Shown here in pieces: positions 1 through 10,430 of a DNA stretch of 64,000 nucleotides (position 1 is its first letter; every line of letters begins with the position of its first letter). Made by a program: the position numbers and the translations under genes. The DNA comes from Dehalococcoidia bacterium (lineage in GTDB: Bacteria > Chloroflexota > Dehalococcoidia > UBA2979). A model generated the notes under the pieces. That model had not been told where the DNA came from and ran no database searches. It saw only the letters and a program-made list of their open reading frames with translations. The stretch lies in the NCBI GenBank assembly GCA_965219085.1, contig OZ244720.1:3104001-3168000 (forward strand), written 5' to 3'.

Positions 1-1823
1 ACGCCGACGGCCAGATCACGGTCGGCACGGGGGTCACGTTCGACGCCGCCGCGACGCCCGAGTACGCCGTCACGGTCGAGGCCCGCGATCGCGCAGGCGC
101 CCCGGCGAGCATCGACGTGACCATCACCGTCACGGCCGGGCCGGTCGTCAGTGGCGGTGGCTTCGTTGGCGGTGGCGGCGGCGGCCCCACAGGCCCGACA
201 CCAAGCGAGGTCGAGTTCGAGTGGAACGTCAAGCGCGACATCGAAGCGCTCGACTCGAGCCACGACTCGCCCACCGGCTCCTGGTCCAATGGCTCCATCC
301 TCTGGCTCCTCGAGAACGGCTCGGGCGCCGACGACGCCATCTACGCCTACGACCTCGAGACAGGCGGGCGTGTCGAGGACTTCGAGTTCGACCTCGACGC
401 AACCAACCGCGCGCCTCGCGGTGTCTGGTCCCACACGAGCGTGGTCTGGGTCTCCGACAGCGGCCAGAACCGCCTCTTCGCCTACGACCTGGAGAGCGGC
501 GAGCGCCTCCCGGAGCGCGACATCGCGCTCGCCGAGCGCAACCGCGCCGCCCGCGGCATCTGGTCCAACGGCGAGCGGATGTATGTGCTCGACGGCGGCA
601 AGGACAGCCTCTTCGCCTACGACCTGGAGAGCGGCGAGCTGCTCGCCGAGTTCGCCTTGGACGACGCCAACGGTGACCCCCACGGCATCTGGTCCGACAG
701 CGTCACGGTCTGGGTCTCCGACCACGGCGCCAAGCGGCTGTTCGCCTACCGGCTGCCCGTGCTGCCGGACGACGATGAAGCCTCCGATGGGGAAGACAAG
801 GAACTCGAACGCGTCCGTGACGAAGAGTTCGGAGGGTCCCGGGAACTGACGAAGGCCAGCAACAACAGCCCACGGGGCATCTGGTCTGGCGGCGACGTGA
901 TGTACGTGGCCGACGAGAGCGACGACAAGGTCTACAGCTACAACATGCCCGACGCGATCGACGCCCGCCTCGCCTCGCTCACGCTCAGCGGCGTCGACAT
1001 CGGGGAGTTCCTGCCGCGCCGCACGGACTACGAAGGCGACATCGCCGAGGGCGTGACGGAGACGACCGTCGACGCGGTGGCGGTGCAGCGCCGCGTGGAT
1101 GTCGCCATCGATCCGCCCGATGCCGACGAGGAGGCGGACGGCTACCAGGTGGCCCTCCAGGACCTCGGCGAGATCACCATCACCGCCAGCTCGGCGGACG
1201 GCAGCCGCAAGAAGGTCTACCGCGTTAGCTTCCCGGAGGCGGCGTGGGACCCGGCCCGCGATCCCTGGCCCCACTGCCTGCGCGGCGCGGTCGCCGAGGG
1301 GTTCAGCCTCGTCGTCTTCGAGGGTGGCAGCATCGAGGACCTCGATGCCTGCGCGGAGGGCCGGGAGATCGTGACCCTCTACGCCCTGCATGAGGGCGTC
1401 TACCGCTCCTTCATCCTCGGGGGTCCGGACTTCGTCAACCGCGAGTTCGCTGAGCTGTTCGCCGACGGGCTCCCGGTCATGACGCCGCTGGTCGCCGGCA
1501 GCAACGGACCGCCCTCGGCGGACCCGTTCGGGGATGGCCTTGACGCCGCTGGGCCGCAGCCGTGGCCGGAGTGCCTGCGCGGGGACGTTGTCGAGGGCTT
1601 CAGCCTCGCGGTCTACGAGGGAGGCAGCGTCGAGGAACTGGAGGCGTGCGCCGAGAGCCAGCAGGTCACGGCCCTCTACGCCCTGCACGGCGGCGAGTGG
1701 GTCTCCTACATCCTCGGAGCTCCGGAGTTCGCGAACGCGGGGTTCCGGGAGCTGTTCCCGGACGGCCTGCCGGTCCTCATGCCGCTGGTCGCCAGGAGCG
1801 AGGGACCGGCCGCGGCCAACTGA
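1..1823 (+). CDS. Large secreted/surface protein, 5'-partial: cadherin-like end, YWTD/NHL-like beta-propeller, cadherin-like beta-sandwich, two C-terminal ~80-aa repeats
   Basis: Frame is open from position 3 (ADGQITVG...YAVTVEARD...IDVTITVT). Repeated PRGIWS-x-VWVSD-x-LFAYDL blades; ARLASLTLSG sandwich; duplicated PWPxCLRG...GLPVxxPLVA domain. Confidence 0.75.
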   Translation, partial: ADGQITVGTGVTFDAAATPEYAVTVEARDRAGAPASIDVTITVTAGPVVSGGGFVGGGGGGPTGPTPSEVEFEWNVKRDIEALDSSHDSPTGSWSNGSILWLLENGSGADDAIYAYDLETGGRVEDFEFDLDATNRAPRGVWSHTSVVWVSDSGQNRLFAYDLESGERLPERDIALAERNRAARGIWSNGERMYVLDGGKDSLFAYDLESGELLAEFALDDANGDPHGIWSDSVTVWVSDHGAKRLFAYRLPVLPDDDEASDGEDKELERVRDEEFGGSRELTKASNNSPRGIWSGGDVMYVADESDDKVYSYNMPDAIDARLASLTLSGVDIGEFLPRRTDYEGDIAEGVTETTVDAVAVQRRVDVAIDPPDADEEADGYQVALQDLGEITITASSADGSRKKVYRVSFPEAAWDPARDPWPHCLRGAVAEGFSLVVFEGGSIEDLDACAEGREIVTLYALHEGVYRSFILGGPDFVNREFAELFADGLPVMTPLVAGSNGPPSADPFGDGLDAAGPQPWPECLRGDVVEGFSLAVYEGGSVEELEACAESQQVTALYALHGGEWVSYILGAPEFANAGFRELFPDGLPVLMPLVARSEGPAAAN

Positions 1824-1859
1824 CCGTTGCACAGGGATGGCAGCGGAGTCGGTCGCGGA

Positions 1860-2141
1860 CTCGGCGGCCAGACGCAGCCCGTGCAGGTCGTATTCATGGC
1901 CTACCGGAACACCCTCCAGGCCAGCGCCCTCAAGCTGGTGGCGAAGAAGCTGCAAAGCTCCCTCGCCGTCGAGGGCGAGCTCCCCGAGGACGGTCTCGCC
2001 GCCTACGGGGACGACGGCGATGACCTGATGCTGGCGCTCGCCAGGAAGATCGACGCCGGGGAAGGGGGCGAGGAGTCCGTGGAGGATGTGGGACAGCTCG
2101 CCAACTCGCTCACCGTCACCGTCACCGGGCCGGGCCAGTAG
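1860..2141 (+). pseudogene. C-terminal fragment of an SNF2/helicase-like protein
   Basis: GQTQPVQVVFMAYRNTLQASALKLVAKKLQSSLAVEG resembles the region after helicase motif VI; N-terminus absent. Confidence 0.6.
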
Positions 2142-2329
2142 GGGGCGACAAGACGGGAAACTCTTCCGGCTGTGCACTGGGGGAGGTTGCGGGAGGCCCC
2201 ACGACGTGCGGAACGCCGGCCCGCTCTCGTCGTTCCGCACGTCGCGCTGGCGCATGCAGGAAGCTGTCGCGCGGCGCGATCTCAGCCGTCCGGTACCCGT
2301 GAGCCGCCCTTGCGCCAGACCCGGCCCCG

Positions 2330-2514
2330 GACGCCACGGCCTCGGACTCGAATGCCATTGTCTTGCCGGCACCCGGTTCAGCGATCAGCACGTACGCTGC
2401 GGTGTTTGCATAGTCGCTCAGCGGCGCCGAGCGCTCGTTCACGCCGCGCGTCGCCTCGCCTTCGTTGACTACCGTGCATGTCCTCGGGGCCACGTAGGGC
2501 GCTGCTGTGTTCAT
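2330..2514 (-). pseudogene. N-terminal fragment of a P-loop (NACHT/STAND-like) NTPase
   Basis: YVLIAEPGAGKT Walker A motif, then the sequence degenerates within ~15 codons. Confidence 0.5.
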
Positions 2515-2586
2515 CGCGCTGCCCGAATCGCTGGACCCCGAGTTCCGAACCGCGCAGTGCCTCTTGGCAGCCTGCAGGGCTTCTAG

Positions 2587-3684
2587 GGATGGTCTGAACA
2601 ACTCGCCTGAGCGGGTGAACGGATGCGATCATGGGGCGACCCGGAGAGGGGCGACCCATGCAGCAGCGTTCGTTCGGCAGCGTCGAGTACGAGCACAAGA
2701 AGGTCAAGACGAGGCGGCAGGCGTTCCTCGAGCGCATGGACAGGCTCGTCCCCTGGGACGAGCTGGAGCAGCGCATCGCGCCCGTCTACCCGAAGCCGGG
2801 CCGCGGGCGCCGCCCCTACCCGCTGCGCGTGATGCTGCGCATCCACTGCCTGCAGCTCTGGTTCAACCTCAGCGACCCCGGCATGGAGCAGGAACTCTAC
2901 GACTCCCGTTCGATGCTCGAGTTCGCCGGTCTCAGCCTCTCCGAGCCGATTCCCGATGAGACGACGATCCTCAACTTCCGCCACCTGCTGGAGCGTCATC
3001 AGTTGGGAACGGCGCTGTTCGCGACGATCAACGCGCACCTCGCAGCGCGCGGTCTGCAGGTGCGCGAGGGCACGATCGTGGACTCCACGATCATCAGCGC
3101 GCCGTCGTCGACGAAGAACCGCGAGCGTGCGCGCGACCCCGAGATGCATCAGACCAGCAAGGGCCGGCAGTGGTACTTCGGGATGAAGCTGCACACCGGC
3201 ACGGATGCGCGGACGGGGCTGGTCCACAGCGTGAGCACGACGGCGGCGAACGTCTCCGACGTGACCGAGGCGCATCGCCTGTTGCACGGCGGCGAGACGG
3301 AGGCGTGGGGCGATGCCGGCTACCAGGGAGTGGAGAAGCGCCCGGAGCACGCGGGGTCGGAGGTGAGCTGGCAGGTGGCGATGCGCCCGGGTCTCAGGCG
3401 GCAGCTGGCGCCGGGGGGCGAGGAGGCGCAGGCGGAGCGGCGCAAGGCCTCGGTGCGCGCGAAGGCTGAGCATCCGTTTCTCTACGTGAAGCGGCACTTC
3501 GGGTACGCGCAGGTGCGCTACCGCGGTCTTGAGAAGAACCGCCAGCGTCTCATGCTGCTGCTCGGCTTCACGAACCTGTTGCGCGCTGAGCCTCAGCTCG
3601 CGTGATCGCGGGAGCGCTGCGTCCCGAATCGCCCGCCGGAGCGCTTCCGGAGCGACATGGAGGCGAGACCACCCATGGACCGCG
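2587..3684 (+). mobile_element. IS5-family element, copy 1 (intact transposase, right end missing)
   Basis: CTAG then TIR GGATGGTCTGAACA at 2587; identity with copy 2 stops at 3684, before the right TIR. Confidence 0.85.
2658..3605 (+). CDS. IS5-family DDE transposase
   Basis: TRRQAFL, PDETTILNFRH, IVDST, WYFGMKLH, GDAGY, RAKAEHPF and VRYRGL motifs. Confidence 0.93.
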   Translation: MQQRSFGSVEYEHKKVKTRRQAFLERMDRLVPWDELEQRIAPVYPKPGRGRRPYPLRVMLRIHCLQLWFNLSDPGMEQELYDSRSMLEFAGLSLSEPIPDETTILNFRHLLERHQLGTALFATINAHLAARGLQVREGTIVDSTIISAPSSTKNRERARDPEMHQTSKGRQWYFGMKLHTGTDARTGLVHSVSTTAANVSDVTEAHRLLHGGETEAWGDAGYQGVEKRPEHAGSEVSWQVAMRPGLRRQLAPGGEEAQAERRKASVRAKAEHPFLYVKRHFGYAQVRYRGLEKNRQRLMLLLGFTNLLRAEPQLA

Positions 3685-3810
3685 CTCCATACTGGCTTTG
3701 GCTCCAGTCGCGAGTTCGGCTAGGAGCGGCATTGCGTCAGCTATGGCTCGGGAGAAGCCCGCACCCAGGATAAACAGTTCTTCTCGTAGCGTGTCTCGCG
3801 GGTGCACCAT
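3685..3810 (-). pseudogene. SIR2-like domain N-terminal fragment
   Basis: LFILGAGFSRAIADAMPL is the SIR2 GAGxS motif; cut at the IS5 junction. Confidence 0.6.
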
Positions 3811-4227
3811 AGGTGATCCACCCCCTCCGAGTGGCAGCGACGGACTGGCGGCAACTACTCTCCCCTGGGAGCGGCGGACAGTCTGTGTCCTGATCCAGAG
3901 TAGTTCGGAATGTTGCCGATCGTGCTAGCGATGTCAAGGACGGAAGGCACAGGCGGTGGCAGGGCCTGCAGGCCTAGAACCGACCCGTGAACCGTGGGTA
4001 GCCGACCCACGCCGATTCGGCGGTGCGTGCGCTCCTGCATGCGACGCGGGATACTCCGGCGGGGCTGCGGGAGTCGCTTGAGAGCCGATTGTCGGAGCGA
4101 CGGTGCGACCGGCCTCAGAACGAGAGCGACGCGAAGGACGGGGCGCATCCCCGTTCGCACGAGCGGCGTCGGCATCCCCGGGTGTTCGTGCCGTAGTGAG
4201 ATTGGAACGCCGGTAGGCTCGCCGCCG

Positions 4228-5489
4228 TCATGCTTCAGCGTCGGGCGGGAATCCAGGAACGTCCCCTCGAGGGTCATCGGCTTCATCCGGGGTGAGTTCG
4301 GCGAGCCTGTCGAAGTCCTGCTCCGCCTCGTCGGCCTTCCCCAGCCACTGCCGGCCCACCCCTCTCGCGAAGAGGGCGCCATGGTCGTCGGGGTTGATCT
4401 CCAGGATGGCGCTGAAGTCCTCGTTGGCGCCGAGACGCATGCGGGCGACTCCCCTGGCGACGCGCACCCTGGAGTCGTCGGGGTCGGTCGCGATGACCTT
4501 GCTGAAGTCCTCGATGGCCCGGTCGTACTGACCGAGGTTGTCATGGGCAACCCCCCTGGCGGCGAGGGTCTCCAGATTCTCGGGGTCGAGGCGCAGTGAC
4601 CGGTCGAAGTCCTCGATCGCCTCGGCCGGTCTCTCCAGGTTGCCGCGGGCGACGCCCCGGCTGTGGAGGGCGCCGGCGTTGTCCGGGTCGAGCTCCAGGG
4701 CGGCATCAAGGTCCCGGAGCGCGCTCTCGTACTCGCCGAGATTGAGCTTCGTGACTGCCCTCGCGCAGCGCGAGAGGTTGCTGAGCGGCTCCAGCTCGAT
4801 GGCGCTGCGAAGTCCTTGATCGCCCGCTTGAAGTCGCCCAGATCGCGGTAGGCGAGGCCCCGGTGGTGGTAGGCGGCCGCGAGACCGGGGGCGATCTCGA
4901 TCGCCCCGCTCAGATCCTCCACCGCCCGGGCCGGCTCGCCCAGTTCGGCGTAGGTGTTTCCGCGGTTGTAGTAGGGGTTGGGATCGGCAGGGTCGGGGCC
5001 GATCGCCGTGTCGAAGTCTTTGAGCGCGGCGGCCATGTCGCCTAGCTGGGCGAGGGAGGCGCCGCGGCTGTAGTGCGCGACGGCATCACCCGGATCGAGC
5101 AGGATGGCAATGTCGTAGTCTCCCACCGCCGCGCGGTGCTCCCCCAGCTCGGCACTGGCATGTCCGCGGTAGTGGTGGGCCTCGGCGTCACCGGGCGACA
5201 GCTGCAGGGCCTTGCCGAAGTCCTCCTTCGCGCGACGGTCGTCGCCCAGTTGCTGATGCAGCAGCCCCCTCGCGGACAGCGCGGTAGCGTCGTCGGGATT
5301 GGCCGAGTCTGGGTTGAGGCGCTCCAGCAGCTGCCGCAGCTTCTGCTGACTGAAGTCGTCCAGCACCCCATGGTGTCTGCCTTGGTCGTCCGGTCGCTCC
5401 TGCCCATCCTTCCGGTCGTGCTCTCCACGCCTCGCTGTGCTCCTCTGTCCTTCTCTCGGCGTCCCGCCGTCGGGCCGGTCTGTCCCCAT
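4228..5489 (-). pseudogene. TPR-repeat protein, frameshifted
   Basis: 34-aa repeats (AHHYRG, AHYSRG, PYYNRG, AYHHRG); repeats continue in other frames after ~4810. Confidence 0.8.
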
Positions 5490-5592
5490 AGCGCCGCGCC
5501 CCCAAAATAGCACACCCGTTCTCACCGTTGCAGAGTGCGCGCAGCTGCTCTGCCGCGCGGTTGAGAGAAGCGCACACGGGTACCGACTAGCT

Positions 5593-7150
5593 GAGGCTGT
5601 CGCACGGAGTGGCGTGGGTGGAGTGCCAAGAGGGCAGCCGGTCGGCAGTGGGCGCGGAGCGGTCGTGTCTGGCGGGGCAGGCGCGCTACGCGGCAGCGGC
5701 GGCGGTAGCCCGGTCTCCTCGTCGGGGGTTGCTGTTCGCTGGCCGGGGTGACGGGCGCGCCCGACGATAGAGCTTCTTGAGGTTGTGGGTGGCGGCGATC
5801 AGCTTCCATTCGCTGGCGCACGCGACGATCCCGCGCCGCATGAAGCGGCGGATGCCGCGGTTCTCCTTGATGTCGCCGAAGACGGGTTCGATCATCCAGC
5901 GCCGCTGCTCGTAGAGACGCCGGCCACGCTGCGTCGCCAGCTTGCGATCCATCCGTTCACGTACGGAGAGCCCGGCAGGGATGCGCCCGCGCGGCGGCGC
6001 TGCGCGGGCGCGCCGGTTGCGGTCGCTGCGGGTCGCGAGCAGCAACTCCGGACCCCTGCCTTCGGCCTGCCGCACGTTCGCCTCGGAGTAGTAGCCGGCG
6101 TCGGCCAGCAGCACGCGCGGCGGCCCGCAGTGTGCGGCCTGCAGGTGGGGTTCGTTGCCTCGATCATCGGCTGTAGTTCGTGCATGTCCGTCGCCGCACG
6201 TGTCACCTCGGCCACGACGATGATCTGGTCGCTACTCGTCACCGCCTGCACGTTGTAGCCCTGGAAGTAGCCGTGATAGTCGCGCACCACGCGGCTGTCC
6301 GGGTCAGTGACGTTCACCTTCGCACCCGGGCCGGGCTGCGGCGGCTGCGGGCGGCGCCCGCGCCGGTCCTTCTGCGCGCGGCTCCTGAGGCGTTCCTCGT
6401 AGTCCTCCTGGCGCTCCCGCTCACGGGCCGCCAGCCGCTCCCGCGCCTCGCGCAGCCGCTGCAGGCGCTCCCCGCGGTCCCTGAACCCCGCAGGCAACTC
6501 GTCGCCCCGCGCGTCGCCGCGCGCGTGCTCCTCGGCGTCCACCCGCTCCGCCTCGGCGAGGATGCGCCGCACCTCGGCCTCAAGCTCCGCATCCGTGCGG
6601 TTGCGCTCACGGCTGGCGTTCGCGCGGAGTTTGGTGCCGTCGAGCGCGACCACGCCGACCCGCAACAGACCCGCCTCGGCGCACAGCCTGAGCACCCCGG
6701 CGAACAGTCCCGCCAGCGCTTGCTCGTGCTGCTGGCGGAAGCGGCAGATCGTGGCGTGGTCGGGCTGCTGGTTCGCGGTCAGCACGCGGAAGGCGATGTC
6801 CTCGCGGCAGCGCCGTTCGATCTGGCGGCTCGAGCGCTCGCCCTCGCAGTAGGCATAGAGCAGGAGCGCGACCATCATTGAGGGCTCGTACGCCTTCCGC
6901 CCCCAACCGTCCTCGCGGTAGCGCGCGTAGAACGCCGTGAGATCGAGCTGGCTGACCGCATCGAGCACGAACCACGCGAGGTGGTCCTCGGGCAGCCAGT
7001 CGCGGAGGCTGGCGGGCATCAGGTATTGCTGGTCACGCTCGCACGGCAGGAAGCGCTGGGTCACGGCGGCACCCCGGAATCACTCCGCCCCCGCCGCCCC
7101 GCTCATCCTACTGTGATGCCACCTCGCTCGGGGGTTTGTGCGACAGCCTC
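5593..7150 (-). mobile_element. IS1182-family element
   Basis: Perfect 13-bp TIR GAGGCTGTCGCAC at 5593-5605 and 7138-7150; no target duplication visible. Confidence 0.85.
5686..7064 (-). pseudogene. IS1182-family transposase with a frameshift near 6150
   Basis: DWLPEDHLA, PDHATICRFR, LDGTK, NVTDPDS, GYNVQ; then LADAGY and IEPVFG in a second frame. Confidence 0.88.
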
Positions 7151-7279
7151 TAGAGGGCCGCACCCTCACGTAAGGGGGATCCCCGCCTCGGTGCTTCGAC
7201 TCCAGTGAGGGAACCCACCTCAGCGAAGCGACGGCAAGCTCGCAGCCCACGAGTAGCGCAGCGTTTCGTGCTGATTGGA

Positions 7280-8100
7280 AAACCCAGAACTCCGTCTCGT
7301 ACCAGCAAATCGTCGGGAACTCGATGAGGTCGAGGCCGGTCTGCACCAGCCGCGGGTGGCAGACCAGCACGTCGACGCCCTCCTCGACCCGCTGCGCCAC
7401 CCATGCCTCGCGGCGCTCGGGAGGGACCGCGTCCGCCTTCATCACCGCGACCCTGAAGCCGTGGCGGCCGAGGAACTCCTCCATGCGCCCGGTGATGTCG
7501 CGCGTGCCCGTGTGGGTCGCGTAGACGAGCACCCGGCGGCCCGCCAGCCGCTCGGCGGCGACGAGGTCGACGAGCGCCTGCTCCTTCGGGTAGAGCTTTC
7601 CCTCCGGCAAGGGCGGGACCTGCACGAGCAGCTCCTCGCTCTCCGGGTCGAAGACCGTCTCGCCGCGCGTGCAGCCGTCCGGGTAGGCCAGGAGCGTCTG
7701 CAGGTAGGTCGCGGGCAGCCTCCGCGAGCCCTTCGAGAGCGCGTCCGCGAGCGCCGCCCGCAGCGTCTCGAAGAGCGTGTCGTAGCCGCTGCGCTGCGAG
7801 AGCTCCGTCGCGCCCGCCTCCGTGTCCATCGACGAGAGCAGCACGCGCTCCTCGTACGGCGGCAGCCCCGACGCGACGTCCGAGAGCCGCAGGAACACCG
7901 AGTTGCCGATCAGGTGGAAGAGCGCGGCGGGGGCGAGCCCCGGCCGCTCCCTGATCACCTTCCGGTACTTGCGGCGGCGGCTGGTGCGCCCGTCCTTCTC
8001 GGCGATGTCGTCGTCGCGGCCGATCGTGTGCTCGACGAAGCCGTAGCGCTCGATCCAGCGGCCCTCCTCGGAGCGCCCGAACTCCGTGCGGATCTCCGGG
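7280..8100 (-). pseudogene. SNF2-like helicase internal fragment (RecA2 domain)
   Basis: LYPKEQAL, RRVLVYATHTGTRD, LVQTGLDL (motif V-like); ends before motif VI; no N-terminus. Confidence 0.7.
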
Positions 8101-8205
8101 ACTCCAGTGCCTGCGCTCGTGTCGACGGCGGACGCCGCTCGCCTGGGCGCATCGGCGAGTCACCCCGGCGCGCGGGCCGAACAGCGAGGGCTCTCGGGCT
8201 CTAGC

Positions 8206-8662
8206 TGTAGTTCCCACGTAGGTTGTTGCAGGTGAGGGGCCCCGCCTGCTGCTGTGTGTGTAGCAAGCACCAGTAGCAGGGGAGGAGCCTCTCGTGGCAC
8301 ATCGTAACGCGCGTCTGACGCCGGTCACCCGGCTGGAGTTGGTTCGCGAGGTGGAGGCCGGCTGGTCCCAGGCGGAGGTCGCGCGGCGCTTCCGGGTCTC
8401 CCCTCCCGACCGTCGGGAAGTGGGTACGGCGCTTCCGCGAGGCGGGAGCGGACGGGCTCGACGATCGCAACTCGGCGCCGCAGCGTCACCCCCGGCGCAC
8501 CGCACCCGAGCTGGAGCGGCGCATCTGCGCCGTGCGCCGCAGCCAGGGGTTCGGGCCGCACCGCATCGCCTGGGCGCTCGGGCTCGCCCGCTCTACCGTC
8601 TACGCCGTGCTCAAGCGCTTCGGCCTCAATCGCCTCGACCAGCTGCATCGCGTGAGCAGGCG
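8206..8662 (+). mobile_element. IS481-family element, 5' remnant with frameshifted transposase N-terminus
   Basis: TGT terminus at 8206; MAHRNARLTP, HTH, then TVGKWVRRF and GPHRIA..LGLARSTV in a shifted frame; DDE core absent. Confidence 0.8.
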
Positions 8663-8664
8663 TG

Positions 8665-10430
8665 GGAATGACAACTCCATTTGGGAGCGCCAGGCGAACT
8701 GGTGCGTGGGCAGGAGGTGCAAGTCCTCTGCGGCGAAGGAGCAAGTCACTCCACGCCGCTCCGCGAGCCGTGCGCGGGTCATCGTGAGGTGGGTCGTGAA
8801 GCGTCGGTAGCGGGGTATGTGGGCGGAGCTATCGAGCATCGAAAGGGCAATCTGGAGCGCCGAGGCCCTCCATTTGGTCGAAGGCAACACCGGCGGCGGC
8901 GCTACGGGCGAGTCGTCGTCGGGCTCCACGGTGTCGAAGAACTCAGGCACGCATACACGTCCAGCACCGGGACCTGGGAAGGCTGCGCGCCGTCCCGGCG
9001 GGTCGTACGCCGGGACCGCATCGGGAAGGGAGGCAACCGAAGCCGATGATGGACGGAGCGCAGCAGTCTGACGCGGGCGTAGTAGCGAGGAAGGCGGCGA
9101 ACAAAGGGGCGCGAGTCCCGGCGGAGCCGCTGGACCGAAGGGCCGCGGCCGAGAGGAATCCGCGACGCACGGGCACGGTCCGGACGCAGAGCCGGGGAGC
9201 GGTGTCACCCGGGGCGGAGCGGATACGGCAGTTCGTAAAGGAGAAGCCGGGGGAGAGGCTCACCGCGCTCCTGCACCACATCACGCCGGAGGCGCTGCGG
9301 GAGGCGTACCTCGCGTTGAAGCGAGACGCGGCCCCGGGCGTGGACGGAGTGAGGTGGCGCGAGTCCGGGGACGGGCTGGACGAGCGGCTGCTCGACCTGC
9401 ACGGCCGCGTGCAGAGGGGAGCGTACCGGGCGAAACCCGTGAGGCGGGTCGAGATAGCCAAGCCTGACGGGGGCGTACGGCCGCTCGGTATCGCGTCGCT
9501 GGAGGACAAGATCGTCCAGCGAGCGGTGGTGGAGCAGATCCTGAATCCGATCTACGAGTCGGAGTTCTACGGCTTCAGCTACGGGTTCCGGCAGGGGCGT
9601 TCGGCGCACGACGCACTGGACGCGCTGGCCTACGCGGTGGACCGGCGCAAGGTCGGCTGGATCGTGGAGGTGGACATCCGCGAGTACTTCGAGCGCATCG
9701 ACCGGGAGCAGCTGATGGCGTTCCTGGAGATGCGGATCGGGGACCGGCGGGTGCTACGCCTGACCCGGAAGTGGCTGAACGCCGGCGTCATCGACGCGGG
9801 GCTTGCGGTCGACTTCGTGCGGGGGACGCCGCAGGGGGCGGTGATATCGCCGCTGCTGGCGAACGTCTACCTGCACCACGTGCTCGACCGCTGGTTTGCG
9901 CAACAGTGGCGACCGCGGGAGGTCTGGGGCGAGGCGTACATCGTGCGGTATGCCGATGACTTCGTCCTGGGGTTCCAGTACCGCAGTGATGCGGTGCGGT
10001 TCATGGAGGCGGTGCGGGAGCGGTTGGCAGCGTTCGGGCTGGAGTTGCACCCGGAGAAGACCCGTCTTGTGGAGTTCGGCAGGTTCGCGGAAGCGAACCG
10101 GCGGCAGCGCGGGGAGCGGCGACCGGATACGTTCGACTTCCTTGGGTTCACGCACTACTGCCGGACAACGCATGAGGGGCGGTTCGGACTGGGGCGCAAG
10201 CCCGTTGCGAAGCGGATGCGCCGCACGCTGCAGGCGGTCAAGGCCGAACTGCGGCGACGCATGCACGCGGACCCGGTGGTGACGGGGCGGTGACTTGGAC
10301 GGGTATTGCGTGGGTGGCTGGGCTACTACGCGGTGCCGACGAGCGCGCCGTCGCTGTCACGGTTCGTGCGGTTTCTGAGGCGGCTCTGGATGCGAGTCCT
10401 CCGCCGGAGTCACAGCGGGGCTACTTCCCG
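8665..10430 (+). mobile_element. Group II intron (class E-like), defective; domains V/VI not found
   Basis: Intron-like hairpinned 5' RNA (GGTGCAAGTCC, GCCGAG..CGAAGGC, GTAGTAGC..GAAG..GAACAAAG) followed by the RT ORF; 5' boundary uncertain (8660-8702). Confidence 0.8.
9046..10430 (+). pseudogene. ltrA: Group II intron reverse transcriptase/maturase with premature TGA (10291-10293) and 3' truncation
   Basis: AAPGVDG, RPLGI, DKIVQ, SYGFR, GTPQG, SPLLAN, RYADD, FDFLGF; domain X GWLGYYAVP continues in frame after the stop. Confidence 0.9.

Noticed and set aside
7198-8109. 10-bp repeat GACTCCAGTG at 7198 and 8100 as a target-site duplication
   Set aside because: It does not coincide with both ends of the helicase fragment and no element termini were found; may be chance.
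9046-10293. RT as a DGR, retron or CRISPR-associated RT
   Set aside because: It has group II intron RT0, YADD and domain X motifs plus upstream intron RNA. No TR/VR pair, msr-msd or cas genes were seen.
10291-10293. TGA in the RT as selenocysteine
   Set aside because: The position fits Trp, not a redox Cys; a nonsense change or error is more likely.
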